Origin: Chloroflexota bacterium
GTDB lineage: Bacteria > Chloroflexota > Dehalococcoidia > Lucifugimonadales > JACPCL1
NCBI GenBank assembly: GCA_016179765.1
Contig: JACPCL010000029.1
Span: forward strand, 10,333 to 74,332
Direction: 5' to 3'
DNA: 64,000 nt
A program made the translations under genes and the position numbers. Below, piece after piece: positions 58,834 through 64,000 of the stretch. The stretch's first letter is position 1, and the number at the start of each line of letters is the position of its first letter. The notes beneath the pieces are model-generated. The model was not told where the DNA came from. It saw only the letters and a program-made list of their open reading frames with translations, and ran no database searches.

Positions 58834-60078
58834 ATGGACTTTGGCTGGACCAAGGAGCAAGAGGAGCTGCGAGGGGAGATTCGCAAGTTCATTGCGGAGA
58901 ACGTGCCGAGCAGAATGGCGGCAGCCCAGCGGGAGGAGCGAGCCACCGAGACTCACATCGCCAATGACCCTTCCGTCACCAACCGCCGTGGGCGCGGCCC
59001 CCGGATGCGGGAGCTGTACCGCAAGATAGAGGAGCGGGGCTGGCTGGGGGTAAGCTGGCCCAAGGAGTACGGCGGCGCGGGCAAGGACCGCTTGACCCAG
59101 TACATTGTGGAGGAGGAGTTCTCCAGGGCGGGGGTGGGCGTCGGCGGAGGAGGCAGCGGCGCGCCCGCCATCGTGGCGGCGGGGACCGAGGAGCAGAAGC
59201 GGGAGTTCATCCCCAAGCTCATCAAGGGCGAGATCACCTTTGCCCTGGGCTTCACCGAACCCTCGGGCGGCGCAGACCTGGCCTCCCTGCAGTGCCGCGC
59301 CGTGGAGGACGGCGACTTCTTCGTCATCAATGGCCAGAAAATCTTCACCTCTGCGGCGCACAACGCCACGCACATCTACCTGATGTGCCGCACGGACCCG
59401 GACGCCCCCAAGCACCGGGGCATCTCTATCCTCATCTTCCCCATGGACACGCCGGGCATCACCGTCCGCCCACTGTGGACGATACAGAACGACCCGCCGG
59501 CGCCTTCCGGCACCACCTACGGCGGTGGGCGCACCAACGAGACCTTCTTTGAGGATGTGCGGGTTCCGAGGAGCGCCCTGCTGGGGGAGAAGAACATGGG
59601 CTGGTACGTGGGGGCCATGGGACTGAACCTGGACCGTGTTGGCGCCGGCCGCTACCTAATGTCCATCCGCCGTGACGAGGACATCATCAACTGGTCCAAG
59701 GAGAACACCTTCAACGGCTACGACATCAAAACCGACGACGCCATGCGGGACAGGATCGCTGACCTGTACGTGGAAGGGCAGGTGTGCCGTCTCATGACGC
59801 TGCGCAGCATGTCCATTGTGCAGCACGGCGGGAACTTCACCTACGAGGGTTCCGCCGAGAAGGTGTGGGCGCCCGAGCATGGCGTCAAGAGCACCGAGAG
59901 CATCGTACAGATGTTTGGCCCCTACGGCCAGCTCCTGAACACCTCGCCCCATGCCGTAGCCAGCGGATTGTACGCCCACAACCTGATGGGCGCTTTCCAG
60001 TCCGGCATCAACCACGGCAGCACGCAGATCATGCGAGACCAGGTGGCCACGCGCGGGCTGGGCATGCCCAGGGGCTAG
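58834..60078 (+). CDS. Acyl-CoA dehydrogenase family protein
   Basis: 414 aa. MDFGWTKEQEELR..., GFTEPSGGADLAS, ING.KIFTS, and a C-terminal helical domain. Confidence 0.85.
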   Translation: MDFGWTKEQEELRGEIRKFIAENVPSRMAAAQREERATETHIANDPSVTNRRGRGPRMRELYRKIEERGWLGVSWPKEYGGAGKDRLTQYIVEEEFSRAGVGVGGGGSGAPAIVAAGTEEQKREFIPKLIKGEITFALGFTEPSGGADLASLQCRAVEDGDFFVINGQKIFTSAAHNATHIYLMCRTDPDAPKHRGISILIFPMDTPGITVRPLWTIQNDPPAPSGTTYGGGRTNETFFEDVRVPRSALLGEKNMGWYVGAMGLNLDRVGAGRYLMSIRRDEDIINWSKENTFNGYDIKTDDAMRDRIADLYVEGQVCRLMTLRSMSIVQHGGNFTYEGSAEKVWAPEHGVKSTESIVQMFGPYGQLLNTSPHAVASGLYAHNLMGAFQSGINHGSTQIMRDQVATRGLGMPRG

Positions 60079-60088
60079 CGCCATTTCT

Positions 60089-60170
60089 CCCCCCTCTCCC
60101 GCAGTTGCGGGAGAGGGGGGAACTCAAGGTGCAGATGTGTCCCGATTGCATCGGGACACATCTGCACCTT
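60089..60170 (+). terminator. Two consecutive perfect hairpins (15 bp REP-type + 21 bp) after the acyl-CoA dehydrogenase gene
   Basis: CCCCCCTCTCCCGCA gt TGCGGGAGAGGGGGG, then AAGGTGCAGATGTGTCCCGAT tgc ATCGGGACACATCTGCACCTT, followed by atttcatg. Confidence 0.6.
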
Positions 60171-60329
60171 ATTTCATGTACCAGTTTTACGGCAACAGGG
60201 GTGGGTGTTGCTCAATGGGGGGGATGGCTCTGGCAAGAGGTAACATTGACCTCCTCCATTGACCTTCTGCCCGCTATCCGTATAATGGCCCCAGGATGAT
60301 ATGAGAAAGAAAAGAAAGGGGGTCTTGGC

Positions 60330-61223
60330 ATGGCAATCGTAGGTGCTGGCCTTTACCGGTACGAGGTCCAGGAGGATTGGGGAAAGCTCCCTGAGGGGTA
60401 CGAATGGGGCCAGGTGGGCGGCGTGGCCGTGGACTCCAGGGATAGAGTATACGTCTTCAACCGTAGCGCCCACCCCATGATGGTCTTTGACCGGGCGGGG
60501 AAGCTGCTCTCCGATTGGGGTGAAGACTTTATCAAGGACGCCCACGGTATTTACATCGGCAATGACGATAGCCTGTTCCTGGTGGACCGCATCCCGCAGG
60601 TGGCCATGAAGGTCACCTTGCAGGGCAAGAAGCTCTTTGAGATGGGGAACCGGGACAAACCTTCGGACACGGGGTACACGCAGGAGAGTCCCACCGTCAA
60701 ACGGGCGGCGGGCCCCTTTCATCACCCCACGGACCTGCAGGTGGCGCCCAACGGCGAGATCTACATCTCTGATGGCTACCGCAATGCCCGGGTGCACAAG
60801 TTCTCCGCCGATGGGAAGCTCCTCTTCTCCTGGGGCGAACCTGGCAATGGCCCTGGCCAGTTTCATCTGGTGCACAGCGTGTGGGAGGCGCGCAACGGCC
60901 GCGTCTACGTGGCCGACCGCCAGAACAACCGCATCCAGGTCTTTACCCCCAACGGCCGGTACATTGACCACTGGGACGGCTTTCTTCAGCCCTGCAAGAT
61001 TTTCGTGGACAAGGACGACATCATGTACGTGGCGGAGCTCCAGGCCCGCCTCACCATCTGCAACCTGGAAGGTACGGTCCTGGCGCGCATCGGCGGGACG
61101 CCGAGCAAGAGTCCCGGCGAACTGATGGCCCCCCACGGCGTCTGGGTGGACTCCCACGGCGACATGTACGTGGCGGAGGTGCTCCAGAGCCAGCGCTTGC
61201 AGAAGTTCATCAGGAAGCGGTAG
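60330..61223 (+). CDS. NHL-repeat beta-propeller protein (peptidyl-alpha-hydroxyglycine lyase-like)
   Basis: 297 aa. Repeated ...G.IYV.D..N.RV..F...G motifs (IYISDGYRNARVHKFSADGK, VYVADRQNNRIQVFTPNGR, MYVAE). Confidence 0.75.
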   Translation: MAIVGAGLYRYEVQEDWGKLPEGYEWGQVGGVAVDSRDRVYVFNRSAHPMMVFDRAGKLLSDWGEDFIKDAHGIYIGNDDSLFLVDRIPQVAMKVTLQGKKLFEMGNRDKPSDTGYTQESPTVKRAAGPFHHPTDLQVAPNGEIYISDGYRNARVHKFSADGKLLFSWGEPGNGPGQFHLVHSVWEARNGRVYVADRQNNRIQVFTPNGRYIDHWDGFLQPCKIFVDKDDIMYVAELQARLTICNLEGTVLARIGGTPSKSPGELMAPHGVWVDSHGDMYVAEVLQSQRLQKFIRKR

Positions 61224-61402
61224 CGGTGAAACGTTGTACGGGGTCATGGCAACGTAGTCGGGTTGCACAGGTTTCACCCCCATCCTTACCTTCCCCCATC
61301 AAGGGGGAAGGGATTTTATCCTCTCCCTTGACGGGAGAGGGCTAGGGTGAGGGTGAAACACCCCGGCATTCAACCAGGATTGCCATTCACTGGAGACCTT
61401 TC

Positions 61403-62230
61403 ATGCAGGTCACGCCCCACGTGTACCGCCACCACATAGAGGAGGACGTGGAGTCCTTTGGAGCGATGCACCCCGGCGGCTCCAACATCTACTTCGTGGG
61501 CAGCCCCCAGGACCGCATGGCCATTGTGGATACTGGGGAGCACTACCGGGACTGGACGTACGGCATTCTGGACTACCACCAGAAGCTGGGCAAGCCCAGG
61601 ATAAGCTGCATCCTCATCAGCCACGGCCATGGCGACCACGTTGGGGGCCTTGACCGCATCCAGGAGGCGACGGGCGCACCGGTGCGCTGCCATCCCAAGC
61701 TGGCCCCGCGCCTGGAGAAGGCGCTGGGACCCGGCGTCGTGGTCAAGATTGGGGACAAGGAGAGCATTGCTCTGGGAGGAGGCGCATCAGTGGCGGCCCT
61801 GTACACCCCTGGGCACGAGGACGACCACATCTGCTACTATTTGGCGGCGGACAGCGTGATGTTCACGGGGGACACGGTGCTGGGGAGCTCCACGGGCACG
61901 GTGCGCCACCTGGGGGAGTACATGCGCTCCCTGGAGCTGCTGGCCAGCTACAATCCCGCCAGGGTCTTCCCCGCCCACGGTGGCTTGGTGGAGGATGGCG
62001 CCGCCCGCATCCGGTCGTACATCGCCCATCGGAACGAGCGGGAGCAGCAGGTCCTGGCTGCCCTGCGGAAGGGGCTGGCCGACGTCTACGACATCGTGGA
62101 TGACGTGTACCCGAAGGACCTGCGCCGCAACCTGCGGGAGGCCGCCGCACGCAACGTCCGCACCCACCTGGCGAAGCTGGTGGAGGAGGGCAGGGTGGCG
62201 GAGAGTGAACCTCGGTACGTTCTGAAGTAA
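61403..62230 (+). CDS. MBL-fold metallo-hydrolase
   Basis: ILISHGHGDHVGG (HxHxDH), TPGHEDDH; 275 aa with a C-terminal winged-helix-like tail. Confidence 0.85.
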   Translation: MQVTPHVYRHHIEEDVESFGAMHPGGSNIYFVGSPQDRMAIVDTGEHYRDWTYGILDYHQKLGKPRISCILISHGHGDHVGGLDRIQEATGAPVRCHPKLAPRLEKALGPGVVVKIGDKESIALGGGASVAALYTPGHEDDHICYYLAADSVMFTGDTVLGSSTGTVRHLGEYMRSLELLASYNPARVFPAHGGLVEDGAARIRSYIAHRNEREQQVLAALRKGLADVYDIVDDVYPKDLRRNLREAAARNVRTHLAKLVEEGRVAESEPRYVLK

Positions 62231-62242
62231 CAGGAGGCATTC

Positions 62243-63157
62243 ATGGCATTCACCCGCATCCACCACGTCGGCATCATCACGCCCAGCTTTGAGGAGGCGG
62301 AAAAAGTCTTTGTCAAAGGCTTTGGCCTGGCGGTGGACCGTCGCCGCAGCCCGCTGCCCGACGGCCGGCCTGGCTCCTTTGACAACGTCTCCACCATTGA
62401 GATCCCTGTGGCGGAGCTGTACCTGGAGCTGAGCAAGCCCAACGACACAACTGGGGAGGCGGGCAGGTTCCTGGCGGAGCGGCCCCGGGGCGGCATGCAC
62501 CACCTTTGCCTGGCCTCTGACGACATTGTGAACGACGTGCGCCGCCTGCAGCAGAAGGGCATCAAGCTACGGGAGGAACAGGCGGGCAAGTGGGATGGGC
62601 GGAGCCCCGTCTTTCTTGACCCGGCCACCACTCTCGGCTTGCAGCTAGAGGTGGCCTCTAGCGAGCAGTACTATCCCCACCCCGCCTACCGGGGCGAGGG
62701 TCTCATTGTGGGCATGGCCCACATCGGCATCGCCGCCCGCAGCTATGAGGAGGTGTACAAGCTGTGGGCCGATAGCTTTGGCCTGGCCCAGAACTACTCC
62801 CGCGACCGCGGCGGCCCCCGCCGCCAGGAGCCCGGACGGAGCCTCGGTCCCGATGATCCGGTCTATCTGAAGGAGTTCCCTGCCAGCGGCTGCGTTATTG
62901 AGATCAGCATCCCGGCTGATAGCGAAAGCGGCACGGCCCGCTTTGTGGCCCAGCGCGCCACGCAGGGGGCGGCCTTCCACCACATTGGCCCCTACGCTTC
63001 TAACGTGCACGGGGTGGTGGCCAAGGCCAAAGCCGCAGGCGTCCAGCAGATTGGCGCTATTCCGGAGCCGGGCACGGCTGCGAATTACGTGGCCTGGTTC
63101 CATCCTCGGAGCTGCATTGGCACTCTGGTGGAGGTATGGAACCGGCCAGAGCCTTAG
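62243..63157 (+). CDS. Two-domain VOC (glyoxalase/dioxygenase) superfamily protein
   Basis: MAFTRIHHVGIITPSFEEA... and a second module GMAHIGIAARSYEE..., each ending with an ...HH(L/I)... motif. Confidence 0.75.
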   Translation: MAFTRIHHVGIITPSFEEAEKVFVKGFGLAVDRRRSPLPDGRPGSFDNVSTIEIPVAELYLELSKPNDTTGEAGRFLAERPRGGMHHLCLASDDIVNDVRRLQQKGIKLREEQAGKWDGRSPVFLDPATTLGLQLEVASSEQYYPHPAYRGEGLIVGMAHIGIAARSYEEVYKLWADSFGLAQNYSRDRGGPRRQEPGRSLGPDDPVYLKEFPASGCVIEISIPADSESGTARFVAQRATQGAAFHHIGPYASNVHGVVAKAKAAGVQQIGAIPEPGTAANYVAWFHPRSCIGTLVEVWNRPEP

Positions 63158-63379
63158 GATTCTGTCCAGGGCCACTGCGCCTTCAGAGGCCCTAGTGTCC
63201 TGAGTCGTTAGTTCCCTGCGAAAGGGCTCATTGCTTGCTGGCACGTTCATTGGCGGCAAGACACCTTACCCCCTGGCCCCCTCTTCCTTCGGCTGCGCTC
63301 AGGATAGGCTCGGTTGGAGAGGGGGAAGATTAGTTCTGGGGGACACCCCCAGGCCCCCGTCCCCACCCCAATAGATAAT

Positions 63380-63431
63380 GAAGAAGAAGGTATTGGTGCG
63401 AGCGCATGCTCGCACCAATACCTTCTTCTTT
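63380..63431 (+). terminator. 24-bp hairpin, probable bidirectional intrinsic terminator
   Basis: GAAGAAGAAGGTATTGGTGCGAGC gcat GCTCGCACCAATACCTTCTTCTTT. The arms themselves end in T/C-rich runs on both strands. Confidence 0.6.
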
Positions 63432-63627
63432 ACCCTTAAGGGAGGGCGGCAGAAGCGAAGGAAAGGTAAAGAATCGTTACCTTTTACCCAGGGTTATGAT
63501 TTGGTGAACATGGGGGGTGGGCCTAAGCAAAGGGAAGGGAATAAGCACCCAGGGCACGTATACTGGGAAGAGTCTGCACAGGGCGCAGACCAGTCTTCTT
63601 GGGACGGTTGCTTGGGAGGTTTGTGTA

Positions 63628-64000
63628 ATGGACGCTGATCGCCTTTCCAACGCTGCCAAGGGAGTCCTGGTGGTGGAGGATGATGATGCTCTGGCCCGTC
63701 TTCTGGAAGCCGCGCTGCTGACGCGGGGCTACGGAGTCCTGCGCCTCTCCGATGGTGAAGGCGCGGTGGAGGCGGCTGAACAGGGGTCCTTCTCCCTCAT
63801 TCTTCTGGACCTGGGTATACCCAAGCTCAATGGCTTCCAGGTATGCCAGCGGATACGGCGGAACTCCAATGTTCCCATTATCATCCTGAGCGGGAAGAGC
63901 ACGGTGGCAGACAAGAGCGCGGCCCTGGAGATGGGCGCGGACGACTATGTCACCAAACCCTTTAGTCTGGATGAGCTCCTGGCCCGGATCAAGGCCCTGC
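63628..64000 (+). CDS. OmpR-family response regulator, N-terminal receiver (gene runs off right edge)
   Basis: Not in ORF track (no stop). Hand translation from ATG 63628 (GGGAGG 8 nt upstream): MDADRLSNAAKGVLVVEDDDALARLL...SLILLDLGIPKLNGFQVC...PIIILSGKS...GADDYVTKPFSLDELLARIKAL. Confidence 0.85.
   Translation, partial: MDADRLSNAAKGVLVVEDDDALARLLEAALLTRGYGVLRLSDGEGAVEAAEQGSFSLILLDLGIPKLNGFQVCQRIRRNSNVPIIILSGKSTVADKSAALEMGADDYVTKPFSLDELLARIKAL

Noticed and set aside
56539-59415. 958-aa minus-strand ORF, the longest ORF in this region of the track.
   Set aside because: Only the C-terminal 400 aa (from ATG 57741 with a GGAGGGAGG RBS) look like a real protein (CoA-transferase). The upstream 558 codons run antisense through the tandem-hairpin region and the enoyl-CoA hydratase and acyl-CoA dehydrogenase genes.

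Overview
High-GC (roughly mid-60s % by eye) bacterial chromosomal window, densely coding on both strands. I can support about 50 protein genes, one canonical tRNA (Asn-GUU), one aberrant 120-nt tRNA-Leu-like gene, and a heavy load of short intergenic repeats (REP-like hairpins and at least three MITE-like families). Backbone genes are ordinary metabolism: argJ/argB, pdxA, an ornithine cyclodeaminase-like gene, aminotransferases, plsY, selB, mdh, icd-like, acyl-CoA carboxylase beta, pgi, gnd, and a CoA-transferase/enoyl-CoA hydratase/acyl-CoA dehydrogenase set. Accessory content: (1) A phage remnant at ~6.7-12.6 kb has intact-looking large terminase and portal genes but no capsid or tail genes. 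It is split by a low-GC island carrying a strongly promoted tRNA-like gene, a 17-codon hydrophobic micro-ORF and a terminator, and it ends in a DUF433/PIN-like toxin-antitoxin pair. (2) A three-gene signalling cassette: zinc-ribbon + class III nucleotide cyclase + STAND ATPase + TPR; a receiver-fused cysteine-less thioredoxin-reductase-like flavoprotein; and a cNMP-binding histidine kinase. (3) A membrane-anchored NB-ARC/TPR STAND protein whose TPR region is a 120-bp near-identical tandem array, next to a ~530-bp REP array. (4) A 314-bp GIY-YIG mini-element lying between an intact tRNA-Asn and a perfect 42-nt duplicate of that tRNA's 3' part. All calls come from reading the ORF translations and the DNA by eye (motifs, start/RBS context, hand-folded hairpins). 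No database search, HMM, tRNAscan or folding program was run, so family names are recognition-level assignments and repeat boundaries are approximate. Taxon cannot be determined here; the gene and repeat style is reminiscent of Chloroflexota-like genomes (inference only).
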